A DNA stretch of 64,000 nt from Phormidesmis sp. (GTDB taxonomy: Bacteria; Cyanobacteriota; Cyanobacteriia; Leptolyngbyales; Leptolyngbyaceae): positions 2,368,001 to 2,432,000 of the forward strand of contig CBDFJR010000002.1 of NCBI GenBank assembly GCA_965248535.1, read 5' to 3'. Within the stretch, counting starts at the first letter, position 1, and every line of letters begins with the position of its first letter. The translations under genes were made by a program, and so were the position numbers. Positions 1 to 10,879 of the stretch are shown here, one piece after another. The notes beneath the pieces were generated by a model that made no database searches, was not told the DNA's origin, and worked only from the letters and a program-made list of their open reading frames with translations.

Positions 1-7
1 ACCTGAA

Positions 8-544
8 GTGATTCGGCAACTGATTCACGAATGGGTTTCTTTTACGTATACGTGGTCTGGAAAACTTCCTTCAGCAAACGCCAAAGAAAAAGGTCAATCC
101 CTGGCAGATGAGGGAATACAGCTCAAAAATGGGCGCGTCCCAACGGTTGCATGGCAAGCTTCTTTTCTGCTAGCAAGTGATGCAAAATCTAACTTTCGAG
201 AAGCATTTCTGGAGGAGCTGACCAAGATTCCAGGGGCAGATGGTGTTTTCTCTGGCTCAACCAAAACGGTGATGGTCATTCAACACGTTTCTGATCCACA
301 GTTGCTGGCAGGGGAAACGGGACGTTGGCAAGTTGATGTTGTCGCGAACTTGATTCTCTTCGATCGTGCCCATCCTGCCGGAAATACGATTCCTTGGAAC
401 AATTCGTACATTGTCAGATCTGTTGATCCGCCTCAAACACCACTCCCTGATAAAGCCTCTGACTATCAGAAAATCATTTATCAACTCCGCCAACGTGGAT
501 TAGAGATTGAAAACATTGTCCCCTTTCAGGAGCGAAAGTCATGA
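8..544 (+). CDS. Conjugation protein, VirB8-like (5' part probably lies before the window)
   Basis: ORF at the window edge whose stop overlaps the VirB10-like start (ATGA). Call rests mainly on context. Confidence 0.45.
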   Translation: MIRQLIHEWVSFTYTWSGKLPSANAKEKGQSLADEGIQLKNGRVPTVAWQASFLLASDAKSNFREAFLEELTKIPGADGVFSGSTKTVMVIQHVSDPQLLAGETGRWQVDVVANLILFDRAHPAGNTIPWNNSYIVRSVDPPQTPLPDKASDYQKIIYQLRQRGLEIENIVPFQERKS

Positions 545-2898
545 GTTCAAATGGAAGTGATCCGCAATCTCAAAAGCCACCCACTGAGGATTTGAAACGA
601 TGGGCGAGAGTTCCGCAACCGTCTCAATCATTGGTTACAGAGAGCGAGTTTACGCCAGAAAAAGCAAGACAACCTCGCCCGCTGTCAGGACATCCTGTGA
701 TTAAAATCGCTCTAGTGAGCGGACTGACGCTGCCGATTTTTGCACTGGCAGGGACGATGATGAATGCGAATCGTCCGACTCCACAGGCTGCTACTTCACC
801 CAACGTTCCACCTTCTCCAAACGCCACAGATGAAACCTCAGATGCAAAAACGATCGCGGCACAGCGAGAAGCACTAGGACAAACGCAAGCAAATTATGCG
901 CTAAAAGAACAACAAGATCGGCTTAAACAGCAGCCACCCTTAAGTCAGGAGACACCAAAGGGTCTTCCAACTGTAAAAACACCCGCAAAGCCAGAAACTC
1001 GTAAGGTCGCTCCTGTAGAACCTGTTGCCTCTCCTCAGCCCATCAGTTACACGCCCTCGGCTCCCGTTGTACAGCGCATTCAGTCTCCACCTCGGATATC
1101 TGCACCTGTTCCCATTACGCCGTCGGCTTCTGCATCTCGTGAGTCAGAACAAGACACCTACGATCGCTACATTGCTCTGACACAAATGGGCAGTTATGGA
1201 CAAATAGCGGCTGAGAAGGAAGCAGTTTCCGCCTCGGATTCGGCTGCGGAGCCTGAAATTTCTGTTGAGCCAACCACGATCGAGACATCATCAAATCTTG
1301 CACCATCAGGAGTAGACACTCAAGAAGAAGCTGCAATCTTACAAGAACAGCCTCAGAAAAGTATCCTGGCATCCACAAAAACTGAGGGAATTCTTGCTAC
1401 GCCAATCATTTTGGATGAGAAAACAAAATCTGGTGAAAAAGCGCAGCAGGGACAGTTCACCATTCAAATTACTGCGCCACTCAAGGCTCAAGATAACTCG
1501 ATCGCGCTACCAGAAGGCACTCAACTCATTGCTGAAGTGGATTCGATGTCTGACAGTGGATTGGTGAAATTGAACGTCGAGTCGGCGATCGTCATTCAAG
1601 ACGGACAATCCCTTGAAATTAAAATCCCGCCTGAAGCCATTCAAATCACAGGGCATAGGGGGCAACCGCTGATTGCAAAGTCGTATGGAGATAAAGTGAT
1701 CGCGGCGATGAATAGAAAGATGGCTCTGTTAGGTGCATTGAGTAAAGCCTCAGAACAATTCACTCGCCCAAGTTCTTCAAGCATCATCAGCAATAATTCA
1801 AGTGTTATTTCTAGCGTTCAAAACTCAAACCCTAACTTACTGGCTGGTATTCTTCAAGGGGGATCAGAAGCATTGCTCAATTCAATGACCCAACGGAATC
1901 AACGCGCACTTCAAGAAGCTTCTCAACAGTCCAACATTCGGTTTTTACCCGCTGGAAGCTCTGTTGATATCTACATTAATCAATCTGTGTCTATTCCTGT
2001 AGTTTTAACTACTGCATTAACTCAGCCATCTAATCTGATCCGAGATATTGATCATCCTGATAAAAACGATTTGTCTGAGATTAAACAAGACACTGAGATC
2101 CAATCTTTAAAAAGCAGAATTACTCCTGAAACTACTTCTCCAGCGATACCACCACTTGATCGAACAATAGAGCCAAAATCAGTATCCACCCCTGAATGGT
2201 CAAAGTCCTATGAGACTGAAACATCTTCTGAGCGTCAGTTTAATCGCACTCAGCTTAATCGTCCCAACTGCAACACAAGCAGCCTCACCTGTGAAAATGA
2301 TCACCATCGAGCAAGCACGAGGACGATCAAGCCAGTTACCCACCCTTCTCGCACCCTTCTCGTTTGGATCGGCTCCGGGACAAATCTGAGCTTTATTCCA
2401 ACTGGAGAGACGATCCAACGAGTTTGGCTCGATGATCCCAGTCGGATTACTCTGGATTTTGATGCGCCTCTGTGTCAAGGCGGAGATGGTCGATCGTGCG
2501 GCAAAGCTTCGACATCCGTAATCCATTTGCGGCGAATTCGCCCTTTGAATTGGGCTGGATTGCCGCAAGCCTCTTCTACCCTACTCACGGTGATCACTGA
2601 AGGTTCGGCAGGGCGACAGATTTATCAGTTTCGGGTCGCTTATGGCTCTGGTACTCCGCAATACAGCACGTTGGAAGTTCGAGGAAATAGTGGCGGTTCT
2701 GTTCGCTTAAGTCATGTAGAGCGCGGATTGCAAGTTGCGATCGCGAAAGGATTAGTCAACTCTAACGCTCGAATGATTGCAAAAGTGAATCAATTCTTAA
2801 CGCTCTCACGAACCGGAATGGAAGTCTCAGCAGCCGCCCAAAAAAGTGGAGTGTCGCTAAAGCTGGTGAACAAACTCGCAGAACTTGGAACTCGCTAA
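541..2898 (+). CDS. TrbI/VirB10-like T4SS protein with an extra C-terminal domain
   Basis: N-terminal TM segment, Pro-rich linker, VirB10-like beta domain (IALPEGTQLIAEV...LPAGSSVDIYIN), then a separate domain (LVWIGSGTNLSF...VWLDDPSRI). Confidence 0.7.
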   Translation: MSSNGSDPQSQKPPTEDLKRWARVPQPSQSLVTESEFTPEKARQPRPLSGHPVIKIALVSGLTLPIFALAGTMMNANRPTPQAATSPNVPPSPNATDETSDAKTIAAQREALGQTQANYALKEQQDRLKQQPPLSQETPKGLPTVKTPAKPETRKVAPVEPVASPQPISYTPSAPVVQRIQSPPRISAPVPITPSASASRESEQDTYDRYIALTQMGSYGQIAAEKEAVSASDSAAEPEISVEPTTIETSSNLAPSGVDTQEEAAILQEQPQKSILASTKTEGILATPIILDEKTKSGEKAQQGQFTIQITAPLKAQDNSIALPEGTQLIAEVDSMSDSGLVKLNVESAIVIQDGQSLEIKIPPEAIQITGHRGQPLIAKSYGDKVIAAMNRKMALLGALSKASEQFTRPSSSSIISNNSSVISSVQNSNPNLLAGILQGGSEALLNSMTQRNQRALQEASQQSNIRFLPAGSSVDIYINQSVSIPVVLTTALTQPSNLIRDIDHPDKNDLSEIKQDTEIQSLKSRITPETTSPAIPPLDRTIEPKSVSTPEWSKSYETETSSERQFNRTQLNRPNCNTSSLTCENDHHRASTRTIKPVTHPSRTLLVWIGSGTNLSFIPTGETIQRVWLDDPSRITLDFDAPLCQGGDGRSCGKASTSVIHLRRIRPLNWAGLPQASSTLLTVITEGSAGRQIYQFRVAYGSGTPQYSTLEVRGNSGGSVRLSHVERGLQVAIAKGLVNSNARMIAKVNQFLTLSRTGMEVSAAAQKSGVSLKLVNKLAELGTR

Positions 2899-2932
2899 TT
2901 CTTTCTTCGCTGAGTTAACTTTTGATCGACTC

Positions 2933-5197
2933 ATGCGCCATAAAACTAAACGTAGAATTCTGGGTTTATTTCTCACTGGACTTTGTTTGATTTTTGGACT
3001 GGGGGTGATAACGATCGCAAGCTTAAACCGAGTGAATGCCCAACAAATACAGCCCAGTAGTTTTGTTCCAACGCAAGCTTATACTCAGGGCAATTTAACG
3101 ACCTCTGTCCCCGACTGGAATCAGGTCACGTTTGCATCGCTCCCACCCATCAATCAAGGTACAGAATTCGTGCTTCCGAATGGGGTATCGGGCGATGACC
3201 TTTCGCGCAGCATTCAAGCGGGCATGACCCCGGACCAGTATCTCAAACTCGGAGATTTTCAAGACAGTTTATATCTGCAAAATCTAACGCTACAAAGAGT
3301 TTCATCCGTTTCTCAAGCTCACTACGATTTATCGCAAGTTGCACTGGAAAGCTTTGATCTGGTTCGAGAGCAGACCCTCGGCAGCATTGTGCAGTCAATT
3401 CCCGGACTCGGTGATTTCTCAATTGAGCAAGTCCCGCCGATCAAAGCTCTACTCAAGCAATCTCAGTTAGAGCTACCCGGAAAAACCGTGAATGGAGTCT
3501 TGCAGTTAAACCCAAACTTGAAGAATTTGAAGCTCGGCTCTATCAACCTAAGCCAATTTAGTATTACTGATATTCCTAGATTGAAGGATGTTCCGCTAGA
3601 GAATTTACAGCACTGGCAGAATAGTTTAATTGCCGATGTTCCGGGTCTGAAAGATACTCCGTTCAGCAAGTTTCCGGCTTCTTTGGTTGCAGCAGGTGCG
3701 ATCGGGGTTGTCGATATTGCTTATGGAGAAAAAGAGAGCGATCGTACCAACACAACTAGCGGCAGCGATGTCCAAGGCTTTCAAGTCCCATGCCAGCAAA
3801 ACTGTGCCTACGCCGAACTCACAGGGGCACAAGCACTTCACGGAAAACAATGGATTTCTGGCAAATACCAAAAAGTGAAAGGGGGACACGGACCCTTGGC
3901 AGCCGTGAATGGTGGACAAGAGCCAGCGGGGAGACATCCTTATGGAGAGGCATTCAAAGTCGTGATTTGGGATGTAGTGGAATCAGAAGGGCGAGTCGAT
4001 ACGGCACTTTTCTTTCGGATCTGTCATCGCGTTCTCGGAGTCGGAAAAACTTGCACACCCTATTTCATCGGACCTATCCCATTCATGAGCTATCACGAAA
4101 GCAATTCTATTCTGGTCGGATTACTCGATAGCAAAGGAGGTGCCACAACCGGGGCTTCGATTCCCCAAGAAGTCTTGGAAAAAGCGAAAGCCGCAGGGGT
4201 GTCGTTGTCAGATGGAGAGCCTAATTTTTCGGATAGTTCGCTGTGCGGAACTGGGCTTGGAGGCGTGGATTTAGGGGCGTTGGCAGGCGGCATCAGCGGT
4301 ATTGAAGGCGGTTACAGTTCCGCAGGCTATTACGACCCAGAAGCAGGCGGAAGAGGATTAGGACGCTATCAGTACATGACATTTCGCAGTGACACTCGAT
4401 CGCTGATTTCTAAACATCCAGGTGGTGCTGATTTTCTCCGTCGAGCCGACATTAATGATAATTCGTCCGCATATCGAGCCGCGTTAGAACGAGAATTACC
4501 TACCTATTTCACTCAAGCGGATCAAGATGCGCTGTTCAAACAAGACCAAACGAATAACATCCGGGTTGCAATGCGACAAATTGATCCGACGACAGGACAA
4601 CCATTTGCAGGAACGCGCTTAATTGAGCGGTTGGGTCAAATTCACTTTGGTGGGGCAAACTCCACGATCGACGGCAGCAGTTCAGATATTCACGGTCGCC
4701 TCAGCCTCTACAACTACGGAAAAGAACTCGCTCAAAATTATCAAACTGCCTTCAAGAGAAGCGGTAAAGCCCCTTGTGCGGAAGATGGGAAAGCCACGGG
4801 CAAGATGATCTACCCCGAAGGAGCCAACGCGCCCATTCCAGAAGGCGGGTATTTTGGAGCCGATCGAGGCGATCATTCTCACGCAGGTCTTGACTTCTCT
4901 GTGCCAATGGGAACACCGATCAAAGCCGCAGATGGGGGAACTGTCGAGTTCGCCGATCGGACTGATCCCGATGGCTATGGAACACTGATTATCATCAATC
5001 ATGGCAATGGACTGAAAACCTACTACGGACATCCCAGTCGCATCCACGTCAAGGCAGGTCAGAAGGTCTCTCAAGGACAAGTCATTGCAGGAGTCGGCGC
5101 AGAAGGTGATTCAACAGGTGCTCACCTTCATTTTGAAGTTCGGCGCAATGGAACCCCGGTTGATCCGATGCCATATTTACAGCGAGGGAACCGTTGA
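2933..5197 (+). CDS. Secreted peptidoglycan hydrolase, lysozyme-like plus M23 peptidase (VirB1 analogue)
   Basis: Signal/TM after ATG 2933. Lysozyme-like ISGIEGG...LGRYQYM. M23 motifs HAGLDF, YYGH, HLHFEVR. Confidence 0.85.
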   Translation: MRHKTKRRILGLFLTGLCLIFGLGVITIASLNRVNAQQIQPSSFVPTQAYTQGNLTTSVPDWNQVTFASLPPINQGTEFVLPNGVSGDDLSRSIQAGMTPDQYLKLGDFQDSLYLQNLTLQRVSSVSQAHYDLSQVALESFDLVREQTLGSIVQSIPGLGDFSIEQVPPIKALLKQSQLELPGKTVNGVLQLNPNLKNLKLGSINLSQFSITDIPRLKDVPLENLQHWQNSLIADVPGLKDTPFSKFPASLVAAGAIGVVDIAYGEKESDRTNTTSGSDVQGFQVPCQQNCAYAELTGAQALHGKQWISGKYQKVKGGHGPLAAVNGGQEPAGRHPYGEAFKVVIWDVVESEGRVDTALFFRICHRVLGVGKTCTPYFIGPIPFMSYHESNSILVGLLDSKGGATTGASIPQEVLEKAKAAGVSLSDGEPNFSDSSLCGTGLGGVDLGALAGGISGIEGGYSSAGYYDPEAGGRGLGRYQYMTFRSDTRSLISKHPGGADFLRRADINDNSSAYRAALERELPTYFTQADQDALFKQDQTNNIRVAMRQIDPTTGQPFAGTRLIERLGQIHFGGANSTIDGSSSDIHGRLSLYNYGKELAQNYQTAFKRSGKAPCAEDGKATGKMIYPEGANAPIPEGGYFGADRGDHSHAGLDFSVPMGTPIKAADGGTVEFADRTDPDGYGTLIIINHGNGLKTYYGHPSRIHVKAGQKVSQGQVIAGVGAEGDSTGAHLHFEVRRNGTPVDPMPYLQRGNR

Positions 5198-5790
5198 TGA
5201 ACAATCGTCACTGGCTACTGCTCGGACTGTTTTTAGCGATCGCACTTCTGGTTGTTCTCACAAAGCCTTTGGCGACCTCGTTCTACAACACGATTAATTT
5301 TTTGGATGCACACGCGATCGAGATGGGAACCAAACCACAACCCGTTCGTGGCGCGAAAATTTCATCTCAAGTGTTGACCTGTGTTCCAAACGAGGGAGCA
5401 AAGTACGAATTGCTGGGAACCCTTCGAGATCGTGACACCACGTATCATCTTCTCTCGATTTACGAGTATGCCGATGAAGATCCAAAAGAACGATGGGATG
5501 TGCTGATTCAGCACGATCAGGCAGGGTGCTTACTGCTCCATCATCTCGGTTCCGGGCTAAAGCCGTTGAGTGCTTATATGCCCTTAGAAATTGCTCAACA
5601 GCTTGAGCTTCAGCGTTATCAGCATTGGATTGAAAAAGCAGGCGGAACAGAGAAATTTCAGAGCGTGTTTAGCAGCCAGTTCTCTGATTCGGGTGTGCCT
5701 CGTTATCTCTCAGCAGAGCAAGTCTGGGCTTTGACGCAGTTGAACATTCAGCTTCCGCAAACTTACAAAATTCTCAACTCTAACCCTTAA
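5194..5790 (+). CDS. Membrane-anchored hypothetical protein
   Basis: N-terminal hydrophobic helix; coupled to the upstream gene. Confidence 0.7.
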   Translation: MMNNRHWLLLGLFLAIALLVVLTKPLATSFYNTINFLDAHAIEMGTKPQPVRGAKISSQVLTCVPNEGAKYELLGTLRDRDTTYHLLSIYEYADEDPKERWDVLIQHDQAGCLLLHHLGSGLKPLSAYMPLEIAQQLELQRYQHWIEKAGGTEKFQSVFSSQFSDSGVPRYLSAEQVWALTQLNIQLPQTYKILNSNP

Positions 5791-5804
5791 TTTAGTTAAA
5801 CCTT

Positions 5805-6350
5805 ATGTATCAGAAGTTTCGATATCTTCGTATTCATACTTTGGCATTCACAGCATTGTTTTTAATTTGTGCTTGTAATCCCGCGATCGCTGAAAGCAAA
5901 AGCCAGTGGACTTATTTATCACAAGCTAACCTGCCTAGCTTGCAGAAACAGTTACAGCAAAAATACACTAACAATGCTATTCCCATAGACGTGGGAAGAA
6001 TGCGAGTTTTGGCGATCGAACAGAACAATAAATCTCTCTACTTGATTGATACTCGTGTTTCTCTGGAGCCAAATCGAAGGCAATTGAACCCAACGTGTGG
6101 AGCAGCGGGATGCTCGATCATGGGCTATCTCCAAACCGGAAAGAGCTACCAAGAGGTTCTATCCATTTACCTCGATCCTGTTCCACCTCCAGGAAAATCA
6201 CTCATTGAGCCAACAGCAACCCTTCAAAACGGGCTTCCCTGCTTGAACTTCAATCAGCGCAAAATTAAAACCAGGCAAACCGAAGTTGTGCAGTGGTGTT
6301 ACGACGGACAACGCTACCAATTCGTAAATTCAACTCTCCAGCAGCAATGA
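5805..6350 (+). CDS. Exported, possibly lipoprotein, hypothetical protein
   Basis: Signal peptide ending LICAC; CGAAGC motif; stop overlaps the virD4 start. Confidence 0.7.
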   Translation: MYQKFRYLRIHTLAFTALFLICACNPAIAESKSQWTYLSQANLPSLQKQLQQKYTNNAIPIDVGRMRVLAIEQNNKSLYLIDTRVSLEPNRRQLNPTCGAAGCSIMGYLQTGKSYQEVLSIYLDPVPPPGKSLIEPTATLQNGLPCLNFNQRKIKTRQTEVVQWCYDGQRYQFVNSTLQQQ

Positions 6351-8218
6351 GCAAACCTCCCCAAACTGTTCAATCTGGTTCCCATCCACTTCAAGATTTG
6401 AGCAACAGCACGACCGGGCTACTCAAATCTGAAGTGGGGTTGATGCTGCTGGTGTGTGCGGCGTTTCTGGTTTTCATGTCGATATTTGATGGTCAAAATA
6501 AAGGCAAGCTGGCACAAGGGCGATTTGGTGGACGTTGGGAGAAATGGTCAGCCGTGCGCCTAGCGAATCGACAAATTCGAGAGCAGGCGCATAATCAAGT
6601 AACGCTCTGGGCTGGAACGCCGAGAGAACTACGCATCGAAGCACCCAGGTTAAGACGATTTTGGGCAGAAACTAGGACGCTACTTTTAGACTCGCCACCC
6701 ACCCTGCATCTTGCTCATGCTCAACAAGGCATCATCGTTTGTGGTGCGCCAAACGCTGGTAAAACTTACAGCGTTATTGATCCGTGTATTCGCGCTGCCG
6801 TTCATCAAGGTATTCCCTGTGTCATTTACGATTACAAGGACGATCAGCTTAAAGCTCATGCAGCTTACGCCGCTGCTCAAGGCTATGAGGTAGCTGTATT
6901 TGCTCCAGGCTATGCCTACAGCAGCGTGATCAACCCACTGGATTTTCTCAGGGACGATGGCGATTCATTGATGGCGCGGCAGTTAGCGATTACGATTAAC
7001 CGCAACGCGCAACGCTTCTCTGGTGGAAAAGAAGACCCATTTTTTGCAGAAGCAGGCGAAAAACTTGTGGAAGGGTGCTTTCTGTTAGCAAAAAGTACAC
7101 CGTATCCCGATATGGTGATGGCATATTCGATTCTTGGGTTGTCAAAGTTAGAAGCACGACTGCAATTTGCCAAAGAGCAAGGGCGATTAGATGAGTTTAT
7201 CGAGGCGAGTTTCCAGCAGTTGTTGCAGTCGGCGGAATCTGAAAAAACGGTGGCTGGAATTCTAGCCACGGCTGAACGCGCGATCGGGTCTTTTGTCCGT
7301 CGTGATTTGCTTCCTAGCTTTCTGGGCAAATCCAGCATCTCGCTCGATATGCAGGGCAAGCAAATGCTGTTTCTACAAGTGGATTTACAGAAGCAGGATG
7401 TCGTCGCACCTCTGATCGCCGCAGTGTTGCATCTTGTGATCATGCACAATTTCTCAGGCATTCGGAAAAAACCGTTATTAGTTTCCCTTGATGAAGTTCG
7501 GACCGTTTATCTTCCCGATCTGCCCAAGTGGGTGAATGCGTTTCGCTCCTTTGGGTTTGTTCCACTGATTGGCTATCAAAACTTTGCCCAAATTCAGGAG
7601 ATTTATGGGCGTGATGCCTCAAAAGCGTTGTTTGCGGGGTGTGGAACAAAGGTGTTTTTCAATCCCAGAGATGAAGAAACGGCGCGAATGGTTTCTCACT
7701 ATCTGGGTGAGGAAGAAGTCTTGTTAAAAACACGATCGCGCAGCTACGGACGCAACGGTAGTTCGAGTCAATCTGAACAGTACCACAAACGCCCACTGCT
7801 GACGGTTGAACAACTTCTCAAGTTTGATCAGGGTGAATGTGTCGTGGTCAATCCTGGCTACAAAGGCTCTGGAGAAGCTTCCGTTCCACTGCGGACTAAA
7901 ATCAAGCTTCCAAAACAGGACGATGTGACTCAGCGAAGAAGTGAGGAACTCTGGAAGCTCGTACAACAAAGATTAGAGAAACGAACATCTAGTCATAGTC
8001 AAGATCATCAAGCACTGCGTGAAGCGCTACAGATTCGTCGAGCAATGGCAGAACGGCTATTTCCATTGCCGTTTAAGGAAACAGAGGATGAGTTTGATAC
8101 GGATACTTCGCCAGAACCTAGTTTCGACTCAAGAACAGATCCGCCAAACGTTAACGTTCCCGCACCTATCAACATTTCTACTCCTGTGATCACAGATGAT
8201 CTCAAGGAGTTTGTCTAA
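6347..8218 (+). CDS. virD4: Type IV coupling protein (VirD4/TraG)
   Basis: N-terminal TM, Walker A GAPNAGKT, YDYK, INPLDF, DPFF, LDE Walker B, QNFAQIQEIYG. Confidence 0.9.
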   Translation: MSKPPQTVQSGSHPLQDLSNSTTGLLKSEVGLMLLVCAAFLVFMSIFDGQNKGKLAQGRFGGRWEKWSAVRLANRQIREQAHNQVTLWAGTPRELRIEAPRLRRFWAETRTLLLDSPPTLHLAHAQQGIIVCGAPNAGKTYSVIDPCIRAAVHQGIPCVIYDYKDDQLKAHAAYAAAQGYEVAVFAPGYAYSSVINPLDFLRDDGDSLMARQLAITINRNAQRFSGGKEDPFFAEAGEKLVEGCFLLAKSTPYPDMVMAYSILGLSKLEARLQFAKEQGRLDEFIEASFQQLLQSAESEKTVAGILATAERAIGSFVRRDLLPSFLGKSSISLDMQGKQMLFLQVDLQKQDVVAPLIAAVLHLVIMHNFSGIRKKPLLVSLDEVRTVYLPDLPKWVNAFRSFGFVPLIGYQNFAQIQEIYGRDASKALFAGCGTKVFFNPRDEETARMVSHYLGEEEVLLKTRSRSYGRNGSSSQSEQYHKRPLLTVEQLLKFDQGECVVVNPGYKGSGEASVPLRTKIKLPKQDDVTQRRSEELWKLVQQRLEKRTSSHSQDHQALREALQIRRAMAERLFPLPFKETEDEFDTDTSPEPSFDSRTDPPNVNVPAPINISTPVITDDLKEFV

Positions 8219-8243
8219 CTGTTGTATTTAGAGTCATAAATCT

Positions 8244-8657
8244 ATGTCACAAATTTTGCTTACGCCTCAACAAACCGAGTTGTTATTGAGAACTTGGGAA
8301 TTGTCCGAGTCTGCGATCGCCGTCCTCATTCACGAACCCGAACTCGTAGTGCATTTAGAAGAGATGCGATCGCGCCCTCCATTTCCACCAGGCTACGTGC
8401 CCGATGTCATTGAGGAATTATTCGATGACCTTCCGTATCGCCGTTGGGAATTGGGTCGTTCGCGACCAATCTATGAGCGTCAATGTTCCCCAGATTATGA
8501 GCCACCGTTCGTAGAGTACAGCTTTGACAATGAGACGGCATTGTTTCATGTGCAGGGAGAAATCATCGTGAATCGTGTCGCGGCGATCACTGCGTGGAGC
8601 GAAGCTAGCGTGGATTATGCAAACCGTTTAGATTGGCTAACGCCACAGGAGATCTAA
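8244..8657 (+). CDS. Hypothetical protein
   Basis: 137-aa ORF in operon arrangement. Confidence 0.65.
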   Translation: MSQILLTPQQTELLLRTWELSESAIAVLIHEPELVVHLEEMRSRPPFPPGYVPDVIEELFDDLPYRRWELGRSRPIYERQCSPDYEPPFVEYSFDNETALFHVQGEIIVNRVAAITAWSEASVDYANRLDWLTPQEI

Positions 8658-8658
8658 A

Positions 8659-10335
8659 ATGATTCATTCAACTGTGAGTCCGAGTGATGCAGATGCTGCT
8701 CAACGTCAAGTCGATCAACTGTTCAGCATTCTGCAACAAATGCTCCAGGACACGATGCAATGGCTTGCCGCTCGAAGTCAGCAACCACTTAAGCAAGAGG
8801 GCGTATTGCGGATTTGGATGGGAAATGGAAAAGACAATCGCATCCTACGCCAAGTTTACGGTCCGATGGCGAATGGCAAAAATCGTAATGACCTCACGCC
8901 TGAACGATTACGATCGCTGCTCAATGCCCTTCAAGAACCCGTGACTGAAGGGGCTGACCTGGCTCGATATGCTAAACGGAACCCTGCGATCGAGATCAAA
9001 ATCGACGATGTAACCCTATTTCGTCAGGAACGGGATGGCGTTGTTACGGTCAATCAGATCCAGCAACAGATTCAGAATGCGCCGACTCAATTACAACCCT
9101 CACCCCCACAAGTAGAGCCGTCTGAAGTCTCAGATCAACCGTTGCCGTCCTCCGAACAAGTGCAGCAAATCGCTCATGTTGCTCGACAGCTCATGAATCC
9201 CTTGGGCGAATCAGAGTCTCCATTGCTGACGAAGGCTGGATTCGGCGACTTCACCTTGGAGTATGACGTAGAAACCGATGTGTCGACGATTTCTAAAGGA
9301 CAGCAAGCGATCGTGCGGGATCACGCCGGACAACTTGAGAACTTAGGGGTGATGGTGGCAGATTCAGAAGTCTTCCGATCGCTGGGTGAACGAATGCTGA
9401 GAACGTCCGCTATTCAGCCATCAGAGCGTAAACAACAAGAAGATATTCAAGATCGATCAGGTCGGCAAATACTAGAAGTAGTTCCAAGATCACAAAACAC
9501 ATCATCTTCTGAGATCGCTAGAGTAGCAGACCGACAAATTGCACAACTTCCAAATCAACAACTTCGGCAATTCCTCCAGCGAATGGTTCAAGGAACGGCA
9601 ACCTGGCTCAATCAGGCGTTGTATGATTGGCAGCTTAAGACGATCGCGCATACGGCACTGCAAGCCTTTCAGCGAGGCTACGATCGCACCGCCGAGGAAT
9701 CCTATCGAGTTGGAGAATTTACCGTCAGTCGGCAACCAGAGAATCAGTTTGAAATCAGCGATCGGGCGGGTGCCGTGATGCAATTTCAAACGGCATCCGG
9801 CAGAGTTAAGCCGATATCCATTGGCAATTCGCTTCGAGAAGTTTCAGGCGATCGCACCACCCAACCTTTCATCCACAACGCGATCGTTCAGCTTTCTTCC
9901 AATGTGCCGCAAGGACTACCTGAAGCGGATTTCGCCTTCCGGGTGAGTGAAGCAGAACAAACGATTCGAGATTTTTTAGCATACACGAAGACTTCGGTGT
10001 GGGACTACGATCGAGGCAAATTTCGACTCGAAATGGTGAATAACCAAGTGCTAATCACCTCAAAACAGGATGGACGCGGACAAATTCATGGAGCCGCAAA
10101 AGTCATGCAGAAAAACAACCGAGAGAAATTGGTTCCGCAACCGACTCGACTCACCTGGAAAGACCTGGAACATATCAATCACATTCGAGACAGATTGAGA
10201 GTCAGGATTGAAGCTGACCAAGCCCAAAGCCCGACAAAGCACCCTGTCCCCATTCAACCCACGTCCCAGAAACCCAAACCGCGTCAAGTTTCACAACCAT
10301 CCCGATGGCAGCCCAAACGAGTTGAGCTAGAGTAA
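8659..10335 (+). CDS. Plasmid hypothetical protein
   Basis: 558-aa ORF with a Q/P-rich tail ending VELE, a tail style common in transfer-region proteins. Confidence 0.7.
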   Translation: MIHSTVSPSDADAAQRQVDQLFSILQQMLQDTMQWLAARSQQPLKQEGVLRIWMGNGKDNRILRQVYGPMANGKNRNDLTPERLRSLLNALQEPVTEGADLARYAKRNPAIEIKIDDVTLFRQERDGVVTVNQIQQQIQNAPTQLQPSPPQVEPSEVSDQPLPSSEQVQQIAHVARQLMNPLGESESPLLTKAGFGDFTLEYDVETDVSTISKGQQAIVRDHAGQLENLGVMVADSEVFRSLGERMLRTSAIQPSERKQQEDIQDRSGRQILEVVPRSQNTSSSEIARVADRQIAQLPNQQLRQFLQRMVQGTATWLNQALYDWQLKTIAHTALQAFQRGYDRTAEESYRVGEFTVSRQPENQFEISDRAGAVMQFQTASGRVKPISIGNSLREVSGDRTTQPFIHNAIVQLSSNVPQGLPEADFAFRVSEAEQTIRDFLAYTKTSVWDYDRGKFRLEMVNNQVLITSKQDGRGQIHGAAKVMQKNNREKLVPQPTRLTWKDLEHINHIRDRLRVRIEADQAQSPTKHPVPIQPTSQKPKPRQVSQPSRWQPKRVELE

Positions 10336-10364
10336 CACTGAAGCAGTGAACGGAGGGATTTCCG

Positions 10365-10829
10365 ATGGCACGCTGGGAGTTTGAGCAATGGCACGCGGCA
10401 CAGGCTGCAAGAGAGATGGCGAGAAATCCCTTTCCGCTATTGATTGTCGGGATTTTGGCTACAATCTTTTCGGCTGCACCAATGGGGAACCGGGAACAAA
10501 CGCCGACTCCAGAGGAATATGTGAATCGTGCTGAATCCTGTCAGGTGGGTCTAACGTGCGATGGGGCACTGAATGATGTCCAGCAAGCGATCGAGCTTGA
10601 TCCAAAATTGGCACGAGCTTACGTGATTCGAGCCAGTTGGACATTAAAGCGACACGGTTTAGTTCAGTCTGCTCTGCAAGATTATCGAAAAGCCCGATCG
10701 CTCTATCAGGAACAACAGCAGGATTTTGAAGCGGGTGAAATCAGCCGTCGGGCAATCTCGCAACTTGAGCGAGGAGAAGCCCTCGCCTGCTTACCCACGA
10801 ATCCGATAAAACCCTTTGATTGTCTGTAG
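10365..10829 (+). CDS. TPR-containing membrane/exported protein
   Basis: GGAGG RBS; TM segment; TPR-like ALNDVQQAIELDPKLARAYVIRA. Confidence 0.75.
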   Translation: MARWEFEQWHAAQAAREMARNPFPLLIVGILATIFSAAPMGNREQTPTPEEYVNRAESCQVGLTCDGALNDVQQAIELDPKLARAYVIRASWTLKRHGLVQSALQDYRKARSLYQEQQQDFEAGEISRRAISQLERGEALACLPTNPIKPFDCL

Positions 10830-10879
10830 AAATCGCTGGTTTGGATCATTTCTATTGGCAGAGCGAGATCGCACCGACT

